Shown: positions 1 through 10,991, counted from the first letter of the stretch. The stretch is DNA of 64,000 bases from Paraspadella gotoi (GCA_051294375.1 CM119270.1:17109904-17173903); one strand, 5' to 3'. Notes: a model not told the origin generated them from the sequence alone. Numbers and translations are program-made.

Positions 1-432
1 CGGTAAGCAGATGATCAGATAACTAATTAATTAATTATTAAAGTTTGCATTTACATTTAATACAAAAATAAAAAGCATAATCAAACTCATAGGGTGATTT
101 TAGATCAGCTTTTAATGGTTTGAAGTCTCAACACCCGTCGCCTGGAACGCGATGATAAATTTTATGGTTGATTGAATAATGGAATTGAAAAGAGGATGAA
201 GTGATGGCGGAAGGCAAGAACTAGCACATGATAGTCTTTTTTAAATGAATAATTTATGAGGGATAAAATTTTCAATTCGACCCTTCAATTCATAAATGCG
301 GGAGTTTAACATTACAAAGATTTAAATGGGGTTTTTTTTTTCAGTATTTTCTTCGACAGAGGAGGAAATTCGCCCTGAATAACTTCGATGCAAATCAGTT
401 TTTCGCGTTAATTCTCTTTATTTTCTGACAAA

Positions 433-3400
433 ATGTCGCAAAAACTCAGAAAACTTCCCGACGTGCCTCCATCGTCTCAGCATTTTACAGCCGAAGATAT
501 GGGGATTTACGAAACAGTGAAGAAGAAATCCATCCTTAAAAGTTCAAAAGGTTGGTTAAATAATACAATTTAAAAAAAGATTATTACTATATGCTCGATA
601 CAATCACTAATTATTATTTCTTCTTTATCGTTTTACTAAAAACGTCAAACAAGGCTGAAATTATTTTATCTTTCACAGTTACACTCACGTTTAACGTTTT
701 CGTGATTAGCTTAATCGCTATCTTTCTGGTGCTTATTTTTTCCTATGTAAAAAAAGCGGAACTTCAACAAAGTAAGACAAAGAGACCTCAAGATGAAACC
801 TTAACCAATCAATAACCAAAAATCTTTTTAAAATTTAAAGTAATTATTTATGAAAATCGACGCGCTTCTCTAAAAAATCAGATAAAACTAAAAAATCTAA
901 AAATAACCAATGTACAATGAATAAGTATCCTAAATGAGAAAGATGTAGGGTTGTAGGGTTTAAAAGTCAGGTTTTGGGCAAGTCACATCCCAGTTAAGTT
1001 ATGGCAGTTGTGATAGGTGTCATTAACTGGGCTGTGACTGCTTCTTATCTATCCCTGTTCCGCGTAATCCAGTACACCATGTTTAGCTGAAGCATCGAAA
1101 ATACCGAATGAACTACCAATAAACATGAATTAACAGAAATCTATATGTATTACACAGATACAATTTTAACAAAAATGCGTCAAATGGACCAAAAAATAAC
1201 TACTTTCACTCATGAACCAGGTATGTAAAAAGAATTGTTAATGCTAATTTGTTAGATGAATATAAAATAACAATAGGCCCTATAATTACAGGTACAATAT
1301 TTTCAAAAATGCTCTTCATAGATCAAAAGATAACTGCTCTCACCGATACTCAAGGTAGGTAGATTCTTCGACATAATTCTATACTAATTTCGCGATTAGC
1401 TTAATCGCTATCTTCCTGATTCTTATTTTTTCCCATGTAAAAAAAGCGGAACTTCAACAAATTAAGACAAAGAGACCTCAAGATAAAACCTAAACCAATC
1501 AATAACCAAATCTTTTTTAAAATTTAAAGTAATTATTAATGAAAAGTGACGCGCTTCTCTAAAAAATCAGATAAAACTAAAAAAATCTAAAAAATAAACG
1601 CAATGTACAATGAATAAGTATCCTAAATGAGAAAGATGTAGGGTTGTAGGGTTTAAAAAGTCAGGTTTTGGGTAAAGTCACATCCCAGTTAAGTTATGGC
1701 AGTTGTGATAGGTGTCATTAACTGGGCTGTGACTGCTTCTTATCTATCGCTGTTCCGCGTAATCCAGTACACCATGTTAAGCTGAAGCACCGGAAATACC
1801 GAATGAACTACTAATAAACATGAATTAACAGAAATCTATATGTATTACACAGNNNNNNNNNNNNNNNNNNNNNNNNNTTTAAATTTAAAGTAATTATTTA
1901 TGAAAATCGACGCGCTTCTCTAAAAAATAAGATAAAAACTAAAAAATCTAAAAATAACCAATGTACAATGAATAAGTATCCTAAATGAGAAGATATGTAG
2001 GGTTGTTAGGGTTTAAAAAGTCAGGTTTTTGGGACAAGTCACATCCGCATGTTAAGTTATGGCAGTTGTAATAGGTTGTCATTAACTGGGCTGTGACTGC
2101 TTTCTTATCTATCCCTGTTCCGCGTAATCCAGTACACCCATGTTTAGCTGAAGCATCGAAAATACCGAATGAACTACCAATAAACATGAATTAACAGAAA
2201 TCTATATGTATTACACAGATACAATTTTAACAAAAATGCGTCAAATGGACCAAAAAATAACTACTTTCACTCATGAACAGGTATGTAAAAAGAATTTTAA
2301 TGCTAATTTGTTAGATGAATATTAAAATAACAATAGGCCCTATAATTACAGGTACAATATTTTCAAAAATGCTCTTCATAGATCAAAAGATAACTGCTCT
2401 CACCGATACTCAAGGTAGGTAGATTCTTCGACATAATTCTATACTAATTTCGCGATTAGCTTAATCGCTATCTTCCTGATTCTTATTTTTTTCCCATGTA
2501 AAAAAAGCGGAACTTCAACAAATTAAGACAAAAGAGACCTCAAGATAAACCTAAAACCAATCAATAACCAAATCTTTTTTTAAAATTTAAAGTAATTATT
2601 AATGAAAAGTGACGCGCTTCTCTAAAAATCAGATAAAACTAAAAAATCTAAAAATAAACCGATGTACAATGAATAAGTATCCCTAAATGAGAAAGATGTA
2701 GGTTGTAGGGTTATTAAAAGTCAGGTTTTGGGAAAGTCACATCCCAGTTAAGTTATGGCAGTTGTGATAGGTGTCATTAACTGGGCTGTGACTGCTTCTT
2801 ATCTATCGCTGTTCCCGTAATCCAGTACACCATGTTAGCTGAAGCACCGGAAATACCGAATGAACTACTAATAAACATGAATTAACAGAAATCTATAATG
2901 TATTACACAGATACAATTTTAACAAAAATTGCGTCAAATGGACCAAAAAATAACTACTTTCACTCATGAACAAGGTACGTAGAATTAGAAAGAATTGTTA
3001 ATGCTAATTTGTAAGATGAATGTAAAATAACAATAGGCCCTATAATTACAGGTACAATATCTTCAAAAATGCACCTAATAGATCAAAAGATAACTGCTCT
3101 CAACGATACTCAAGGTAGGAAGATTCTTCGACGTAATACTATACTAATTATTTTGTGAATATTTATTTACAGAAATCTATATTCAGACACACTTTCTGCA
3201 AAATTGTGCCCGAGATAACTATACTATCACTGATAATAGCATCGCAGGAAACGGATTGATCATGTAGCTTGTCTCGCTTGTCTCGTTTGGCTTTTCTGCC
3301 TTTTCTTGAAAAAATAAAAATTTAATTACTTTTAAAGTTTCCTAGCTTTTTAGGACTTTAGGAAATAGGAACAACCAATATAATAAATAATAATTATGCA

Positions 3401-3876
3401 TACTTAAATAAATATTAAACAAGCCCCTTGATACTAATTAAGGTAGAAAGAAAACCTTAAATTTCAGATGCAGTGTTTGCAAAATTGCGTCAAGTAAATC
3501 AAACTATTGTAGCTAAGTTGGAAACACAAGGAACCCCAAGTAGGTTATTTTTAATGGCAATATTTTTAGTGTTTTCATACTAATCGTATGAATTTAACAT
3601 GTTTTTTACAACTAAATTCACATTTTTTTTTATTAAAAGGTTATCTGAAGAAGTTCAACGGTCTTCAGACATTAAATTCTCCTCAACTCAAAGATTGGAT
3701 TATATTTCAGTATCGCAATTTTAAAAGCGGAGATTCGTTCAAAAACGGAAATTGGCAAAATTACAAAGATGGATTTGGCAATCTTGAGTGGTAATAGCAT
3801 AGTCGGGCGTGGTGTCGTCGTGATATCGGGAGAATCTTCGGCAAGACGACTCAGTTTTACTCGGTTTTAATGTCAC

Positions 3877-3942
<66 letters not shown>

Positions 3943-4547
3943 CAGTGACAGTAGTATAGATAACTTTTTAAATGGCAACAACTAACCCACCAAACCAAGA
4001 ATTATTTAAATGCCTGTGAACTTTCTAAACCCTACAGAGTAGGCTACACATGAGTCAGTTAATGCCCACACACATATTTCTCCCCAGTGACGCCTTTTGG
4101 CTGGGGCTGGATAAGCTTCGCCTTCTGACTTCCACGGGAAAGTGGAAACTCCTCATCGCCGTCAAATACGACAAACACGGGAACGGAAGCGCGGACATTC
4201 GACGAGGAACTTGGGGTTGGGGGATTTGGGAAGAGTTCAGCATCGGGGAAGATCGATATCAGTTGAGGGTCGGAAAGAGAGTGAAGATGTTTAATATGGG
4301 GAACAGAGATCCTAGATTTTTTCACAATGAAAAGTATTTCTCTACGAAAGATAACGATAACGACTTCGCTGACTTCTCATGTGCTTTAGCATATGGCGGC
4401 GGCTGGTGGTTTTCAGATTGTTACAGTGCTTGTCTCAACTGTGACATCAGAAATGGTAACAATTCTGTTTGGCTTGACACTTACGGAGCAACTTTTGAGC
4501 AAGGCTGCGTTTTGGCCGAATCTCTGATGGCAATTTATATGATCTAG
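433..4547 (+). CDS. Type II transmembrane fibrinogen-related domain (FReD) protein, FIBCD1-like architecture: cytoplasmic tail, TM, coiled-coil neck, C-terminal FReD; multi-exon
   Basis: Manual splice model with consistent phases. Exon 433-550 (MSQKLRKLPD...IYETVKKKSILKSSK, donor gttggt). Exon 679-771 (TM VTLTFNVFVISLIAIFLVLIFSY, cacag/gtaaga). 63-nt neck exons 1158-1220, 1292-1354, 2911-2974 (one extra base) and 3052-3114. Exon 3468-3539. FReD exons 3640-3790 and 4088-4547. Orthology to FIBCD1 is not shown. Confidence 0.75.
697..3150 (+). repeat. Tandem ~690-bp units carrying the neck exons and a remnant of the TM exon; variant order A-B-(gap)-A-B
   Basis: Near-identical blocks recur at ~697-1387, 1388-1852, 1878-2447 and 2448-3150. 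Diagnostic variants alternate (aaatcgacg/aaagtgacg, ccctgttcc/cgctgttcc, ctaccaata/ctactaata). Confidence 0.9.
3640..3790 (+). CDS. FReD exon 1
   Basis: Encodes WIIFQYR...F...WQNYKDGFG, matching the fibrinogen C-domain WxVxQRR...WxxYKxGFG motif. Poly-T/aag acceptor; gtaata donor (an alternative donor 3 nt upstream is in the same phase). Confidence 0.88.
3879..3937. repeat. (GA)n microsatellite in the FReD intron
   Basis: Direct inspection. Confidence 0.95.
4088..4547 (+). CDS. FReD terminal exon
   Basis: Encodes FWLGLDKL, YQLRVG, FSTKDNDND, CALAYGGGWWFSDC and a C-terminal MAI. Acceptor ttctccccag; stop TAG. Confidence 0.93.
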
Positions 4548-4777
4548 GATTTTTTTTTTTTGGTCTACTATGATGTCGGAAAATTAATTGCAAAGATTAA
4601 ACGGTGAAAGTATTTTTCTTGTAATTTTATTGTTGATCGTCGTCTCAATGAATAATAAATGAATAGACACGTGGAGAAATGTTTTATTTGNNNNNNNNNN
4701 TCAAAGAATGTTTCATTATTATTATTATTATTATCCTAATTATTTATATTAATTACTAAAGTCGGTGAAAATGTAAA

Positions 4778-4993
4778 GGTCACTTCCGTGCGAGGCAAGG
4801 TGAGTTAGACAGAGAGTAGGCGAACAGTGGAAAATGAATTTCCTCCTCTGATGCGTTAGTCCGTGAACTTGNNNNNNNNNNNNNNNNNNNNNNNNNNNNN
4901 NNNNNNNNNNCGACTAATGTATCAGAACGAAATTCATTTTCCACTTTCGCTTCTCTCTGTCCAACTCACCTTGCACTCGCACCGGAAGTGACC
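4778..4993. repeat. Imperfect inverted repeat with ~85-bp arms around an N gap
   Basis: ggtcacttccgtgcgaggcaaggtgagttagacagagag...tggaaaatgaatttc is mirrored by gaaattcattttccac...ctctctgtccaactcaccttgcactcgcaccggaagtgacc. Confidence 0.85.
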
Positions 4994-5308
4994 GTCTCTT
5001 CGNNNNNNNNNNNNNNNNNNNNNNNNNNNNNNNNNNNNNNNNNNNNNNNNNNNNNNNNNNNNNNNNNNNNNNNNNNNNNNNNNNNNNNNNNNNNNNNNNN
5101 NNNNNNNNNNNNNNNNNNNNNNNNNNNNNNNNNNNNNNNNNNNNNNNNNNNNNNNNNNNNNNNNNNNNNNNNNNNNCAGACGTCGATGTCCTCTGGTGGT
5201 GAGAGGGGGAAGAGGAGGAAAAGGAAGTGATGGATTGAAAAGGAATTAAAAATTATTTAATAACAATTTAGCCTCTATGGTGGACTAAAATCCACCAACC
5301 GTTCATCA

Positions 5309-5445
5309 GCGGCCATTGGTGCCGGAGGCAAGTCAGTCGCCTCCCAACCCAAAGGTCCGGGGTTCTAGCCCTATGGTTGCCTAGCAGTTAAGAGGGACGG
5401 GGCGCTTAACCCGCCTGTAACACGGTGTTACAGCCTGATCTGAAG
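5309..5445 (+). mobile_element. tRNA-derived SINE-like element or tRNA(Gly)-like pseudogene with a 3' hairpin
   Basis: Acceptor-like pairing gcggccat/atggttgc, ctcccaa loop and T-arm/B-box-like ggggttctagccct, but a weak anticodon stem. Followed by the hairpin ctgtaaca-cgg-tgttacag. Confidence 0.5.
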
Positions 5446-5489
5446 GTTAATTATATTTATTTTGTATTTCTATGTGGCTTCCTAATATT

Positions 5490-6775
5490 ATTTACAATAC
5501 AAAATTTCGTTTTCAACTCCGACTTCTTTCGTTTTCAAACTCCGACTTCTTTCGAAATCAAAAGAATGTGACGCGGCGGATGTAATACGCGAGTGGTGTT
5601 GACAGGGGTGGTCGTCTCGGCGATTTAATTTTTCTGCGGCNNNNNNNNNNNNNNNNNNNNNNNNNTTTCGAAATCAAAGAAATGTGACGCGCGGATGTAA
5701 TACGCGAAGTGGTGTTTGACGGGTGGTCGTGCTCGGCGATTTAATTTTCTGCGGCGAATGCTAATTTAAAGTCTTTTTCGTCTCAAATCAAGATTGGGAA
5801 ACGGAAATCGGCTTCAACGACGAAAACCGACGACTACAACGACAACGACGAAGAACGACCAGACAAAAAGGAGGACTACAACGACAACGACGAAGACGAC
5901 GACAATTATGAAATGTATGGATTCCAGTGAGCCCCGCTTCTAACCGAAGAACTTTCCCCAATTACTCGTTAAAGCATTTATTGTCTCTGAGAAAACAATT
6001 TTTCTGTATATAAAAATAGTGAACTCTCATCATTTCCACGCGAATAGATATTGTAAATTGTAATATAACATATCAATATCATATTATAATTTCCTCTGGA
6101 TTCGTTCTTTCAAAAGAAAAAAAGGAAATAAGGAATGCTAATTTAAAGTCTTTTCGTCTCAAATCAGATTGGGAAACGGAAATCGGCTTCAACGACGAAA
6201 ACGACGACTACAACGACAACGACGAAGACGACGACTACAANNNNNNNNNNNNNNNNNNNNNNNNNATTTACAATAGCAAAATTTCGTTTTCAAACTCCGA
6301 CTTCTTTCGAAATCAAGAAGATGTGACGCCGGATGTAATACGCGAGTGTGTTTGACGGGGTGTCGTGCTCGGCGATTAAACTGCGGCGAATGCTAATTTA
6401 AAGTCTTTTCGTCTCAAATCAGATTGGGAAACGGAAATCGGCTTCAACGACGAAAAACGACGACTACAACGACAACGACGAAGACACGACACAACGACAA
6501 CGACGAAGACGGCGACTACAACGACAACGACGAAGACGACGACAATTATGAAATGTTATGGATTCCAGTGAGCCCCGCTTCTAACCGATGACTTTCCCCA
6601 ATTACTGCGTTAAAAGCATTTATTGTCTCTGAAGAAAACAATTTTTCTGATATAAAAATAGTGAACTCTCATCATTCCACCGAATAGATATTGTAAATTG
6701 TAATATAATCATATCATATCATATCATAATTTTCTCCTGGATTCGTTCTTTCAAAAAGAAAAAAGGAAATAAGAC
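5490..6775. repeat. Local direct duplications bounded by N gaps
   Basis: The blocks ttcgaaatcaaagaatgtgacgcg... and gaatgctaatttaaagtctttt... each occur three times. 5666-6132 is close to 6306-6772. Confidence 0.85.
5793..6571 (+). CDS. Candidate Asp/Asn/Tyr-rich exon in three near-identical copies (5793-5930, from ~6168 truncated by a gap, 6423-6571)
   Basis: Acceptor ttttcgtctcaaatcag. Consensus translation DWETEIGFNDENDDYNDNDEDDDYNDNDEDDDNYEMYGFQ, ending in TGA or at the overlapping gtgagc donor. Individual copies carry indels. A phase-compatible donor lies at ~5199 next to a gap. Confidence 0.4.
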
Positions 6776-7224
6776 CTAAGACGGCTTTTACTTTTACGGC
6801 AGAGAAACTCAAAGCGGCCGTGAATGACGCGTAACATTGTTTACGGTAAAAGATATAAACTCCCGAAAAAAGTTGTTCCGGGGAAAATTTGCCCGATTTT
6901 CTTTTTTAAATAAGATTTCGTCACCTCAACGAAAGAAAAGGGTTTCCCCCAGAAATGGATGAAAGAAAAAAAAAAGAAAGAAAAAGAAGAAAACGACTCG
7001 ATTTAACCGAAAGAAAATCTGAGGAAGTTTTTTGAGAGAGAGAGAAGAGAGAGAGGGAGAGAGGAGAAAAGAAGAAGAGAAGGCGAAAGAAAAGGATAAA
7101 GAGAAGAGAGTGAGATAGGCTAGGTAAGGGGTAATGGTAATGGTAATGGTAATGGTAATAGGTAATGGTAGGGAGGAAGTGACGAAAGGAGAAAGCAGAG
7201 GAATGAGACAAAAGTAAAATGATG

Positions 7225-7347
7225 CTATGCTTTGCTATGTTATCCTGTATGCGTGATGGAGCCATAGCCTCTCCAAAGTCAGGGAATGAATGGATGAATG
7301 AATGAATGAATGAATGGATTATTTTATATTGGTTGTACCAATTTCAT
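7225..7347 (+). mobile_element. Diverged 3' end of the retroposon-like family, with a (TGAA)n tract
   Basis: gtgatggagcc...tccaaagtcaggg...(tgaa)n...ttttatattggttgtaccaatttcata matches the copies at 30.6-31.4 kb and 48.8 kb. Confidence 0.65.
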
Positions 7348-7780
7348 AAATCCTTGATTCCAAATTTAGTTTTCACAAAGGTTGAAATCGCTCAAACCCT
7401 TTGATCTCATCCCCACAGCTTAATTCCTTTCACATGAGTTTCTGTCATATCACACTGCTTAAGCGACATAATTCATTAAATATTAATCAAAATAAAGTGG
7501 AATTTAACTGCTGACTTTTATTCAACTTATCCTTTTTATTACCTAAATTAAGGACGCGTATGTACGACGACGACATAAAAAAGAAAGCTTCCTGAGTTTC
7601 ACGCCGGGTTCAAAATGTAAGACATTACTATGTAACAGGCCAGAACGGTAAGAGAGTAGCATTTATGCGTTACAACAGCTTAGGAAATTAGTATCAGAAA
7701 GCGGAAAACAACAACAGCGACAGAAACAGTCACAAAAACAATGCCTCAATTTTTTTTTTATCTAAAAACCTTCAATTTCG

Positions 7781-7950
7781 ATTCCCGGCTGCCGCACCGC
7801 CCCCCTCTCTCCCCTTTGCCACGCGGGGCGCCCTCGAGGCCCTGGGAAGGGCGCCCCGCGGGGTCAAAGAAGAGCGCCCCGCTTTCGGGCCGAAGTATCC
7901 CGACCGGGCGCGCCGCCCCCCTGGACTCGGGAGGAGTAAGGGCGGGGAAG
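7781..7950. other. GC-rich island folding into three hairpins; alternatively a + strand coding exon
   Basis: Stems cgcggggcgccct/agggcgccccgcg, gcgccc..tcggg/cccga..gggcgc and ccgccc..actc/gagt..gggcgg. The + frame is open and there is a gtaagg donor at 7936. Confidence 0.4.
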
Positions 7951-8471
7951 AGGAAGAAGAACCGGTGTTGTTAATTAAGCCAAGAGGCGATGGGGCGGGG
8001 ATCGAAAAGAAAGGTTGATGTTGTTGAAGATGTTTTGTTATTATCAATATTATTGTCATTTTTTGGATAGTTAAATTAACGGTGAAATAAATAAACAGTA
8101 AAGAATAGGCGAAACAAACAATATTCTTCCTTCTAAATCTCAAACACGACGAAAAATAAAGGAATAACACCGAAGAAATAATATTATCGTGAAATAATAT
8201 CTAATTATTAACCTAGGGCAGAAAGTATTTTTAACCTTTATTTCCAGAAGGCAACACAACATTCCTCTCCCAAATACGTCAAGTTTAATATTTTTTCAAA
8301 ATAACTATTTATGTTATTGTATTTACTATTTATTAAGCGATTTCATGAGCTATGTTATTAGGGCGATTCATGAACCGCAATAGTGAAGAAATTCCGCGGC
8401 AGCGGAGTGTCACCGGGCCGGTGACGAGCGACGACACGACGACGACGACGACGAACGAGCGACGACGACGA

Positions 8472-8483
8472 GATGACGTCATC
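8472..8483. promoter_or_regulatory. Perfect CRE/ATF palindrome GATGACGTCATC
   Basis: The TGACGTCA core is extended to a 12-bp palindrome, in a CpG-rich patch before a pyrimidine-rich UTR-like stretch. Function is not shown. Confidence 0.3.
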
Positions 8484-9554
8484 GCGAATTAATTTTCTCT
8501 CACACAATTTCGATCTCAATTCCGAAACTTCGACGAACGTCTCCCTCTCCATCTCGTCCTCTTTTCCTCTTTGAGTTCTTCTCCGTTGGGTTTCGAGTCT
8601 ATTACTCTAAATTAAGAGGAATTAACTTATTAAGGTCCGAGAAGCCGATTTCTTCGTCGGGGGGGGGGAAGAAAAGAAGGTTAAACCAGTTTAATAAAAC
8701 TATTAAAAGTTAAGGAGATTGAATGTACATAATTAGACGGTAGGCTTTTGTTTGCTACGTCGTTCGCTGGGCGGGGGGGGGGAAAGCCGTTTCGCTGTCG
8801 CCGCGAAGGTTTGGATAAAGATAAAATATATAACAAACAAACAAACGGGGACCGCGGTGTTTCGTTTCAAGCCGCGTCGTCGCCTTCGCGTATTCTTGAC
8901 GCATTTTTGTTTAATTTTTTCCCTTTTTTTTTGGGGGGGGGCCGAGGAGTGGCGCAGGAGTGAAAGTCGGTAGTGAAAGGCGACGAGGAGTGTTCGAGGT
9001 TTTGCGTCCAATTACAAGACCAACGAGTGACGGCGGGAAGGAAGGCTGGTCATTGTGGTCAAGGAGGGGAGGCGCCAGAAAGCCGCATTCAGGAATTCGT
9101 TATGAATCAAAGAGATGAATTAAAGAGATGAATTGAAGACGAAAGACGAGAGTTATAAAAACATGACTTGGACTTAATTAGAGGAAATTCTGCTTTTCTA
9201 TTAAGTTGTCATATTTTGTTTAATGTTTATGACTTTATTCTCTTTTCGCACTTTGACCGATCGGCGCGAATTCTCAGAAGACAACAACGACGACGACGAC
9301 GACGACTTCCAAAAAAAAGTTGGCATCGACGGATCTCTCACTCGAATTTCATTCTTCCCCCCCCCTCACCTCCCCCCTCTCCGCCCCCCCCCGAGACGAA
9401 CGAACGGAAAAATAGATACTAACCGAGATGGGGGGTAAAAATAAGAGGGGCGGTGTGAAGGTTTAACCCACTTACCTCCTCTGGATTAAACCAGCTGCCT
9501 TTTTTCTTTCTTTTTTTCTTTTCTCTTTCTCCTTTATTTCTTTTCGCTTTCTTT

Positions 9555-9608
<54 letters not shown>

Positions 9609-10705
9609 TTTCTTTCTCTCTTTCTCTCTCTCTCTCTCCCTCCCACCCTCATTCCCTCTCTCTCTCTCCCTCTTTCCCTCCCTCTCTCTCTCCCACAAGC
9701 CGAAACACACTAAGAAATATTTGCGAGATATAAACAAAATCCTTTTCATCCTTTTTACGGATTTCGTTAGCCTCGTTTTGGCTGCGGTTCTTTGGCTTCC
9801 CTTAATTCTTCAAATCCCAAGACACTCGTTTACACTTTGCACAGGCACTCTGTCTCAATCAGGGTTGTCTACGTTTCGTTGATAAGGTGTATATTTTTAA
9901 GACCGTTTGTCTATCTTTTCGGACATCATTTTGCTAATATCTATTTTTTTTATGGTAGTCTGTGTTATGTGTCTCTGCTTGTATTGAAGGTACAAGATTA
10001 CATGTTTTATTTGATGAGAAAGTATGACTTATAATTTTATTTTAGTATAAATAAATAATTGAAAATATTTTGAAATTAATAAAATGAATATATACCATTA
10101 GTTTTAAGATTTTAATATTTAATTTCAAATTTATTGTTTTTCCGTCTGTCCTCTCTGTTTTTATATCAAACGAAATAAAATACATAATACTAATACTGAG
10201 CCAATAATCAAAAAGAAATAGTGAAGGGAATTCGTGAGCGACCTCACTCAGGTAAGTCACAACGAATCGCGAAGCTGCGGTTGAATCAAAAAAGGTGAGA
10301 AGCGTCGAGAGAAGTGATATGCTGCGGGATGCCGTAAGTGATTCCGCGAAATGCTGTCGGATGCCGCCAGATGCCGCCAGATGCGGTGATTCAACGAATT
10401 CGAATCCGAGTCAAAGTTTCATCATCAACTGACACAAAAATGCGAATCATTTCACTTTTTTTTTTCTTTTCGAGATTCCAACGATTTTTTTTTCGATGCC
10501 AAAAGAAAAAATGAAGAAACATCATTTGCAGTGTTAGTTGTATATACGTAATAAGATTAGCTATTTCTTGTCAATTGGCTCGAAATTGAAAAAAAAAACA
10601 AAAAAAAAACTGTCAGGACGAGTCACCGTTGATAACGATTAAAACTGATTTGAGATAATACAGACGACGACAACAATGACGACGACGACTGACTGACTGA
10701 CTGAC

Positions 10706-10991
10706 CTCTTTCGTTTGTCATCCTTAGTCTCGGTTTTCCTTTTCGACGCCGACGACGAAGACTGAGGCGCGGGTGACGCCAATGACGCCGCCCCATCGAG
10801 AACGGCGCCGTCGAAAGTAAGTCTAAAAAGCTTCTGTCCCGCGCCGGAAATATGAAGCCCGGAATCGTTCCATCGGAAACCTGCGCCGCGGAAGCGACGA
10901 AAGACGCCGCTTTCGACGTCGTCTTTAGAAACGACGCCGCTTCCATCGCCGCCACGAGAGACGCAATTAAAATCGGCGCGAAAAACATTTC
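10706..10991 (-). CDS. Probable internal coding exon of unknown family, possibly in the same gene as the EGF exon
   Basis: Polypyrimidine/aag acceptor, gtcagt donor, GC-rich open frame GNVFRADFNCVSRGGDGSGVVSKDDVESGVFRRFRGAGFRWNDSGLHIS... Confidence 0.45.

Noticed and set aside
591-815. 74-aa ORF as a standalone membrane protein
   Set aside because: It is the TM exon 679-771 read through flanking intron sequence.
700-3150. CRISPR-like repeat/spacer reading of the tandem array
   Set aside because: The units are ~690-bp whole duplications containing spliceosomal exons, with no unique spacers and no cas genes.
9419-9749. K/E/R-rich ORFs
   Set aside because: They are translations of (CTTT)n/(CT)n microsatellites. 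The same applies to similar ORFs at 28-30, 38-41 and 44-48 kb.
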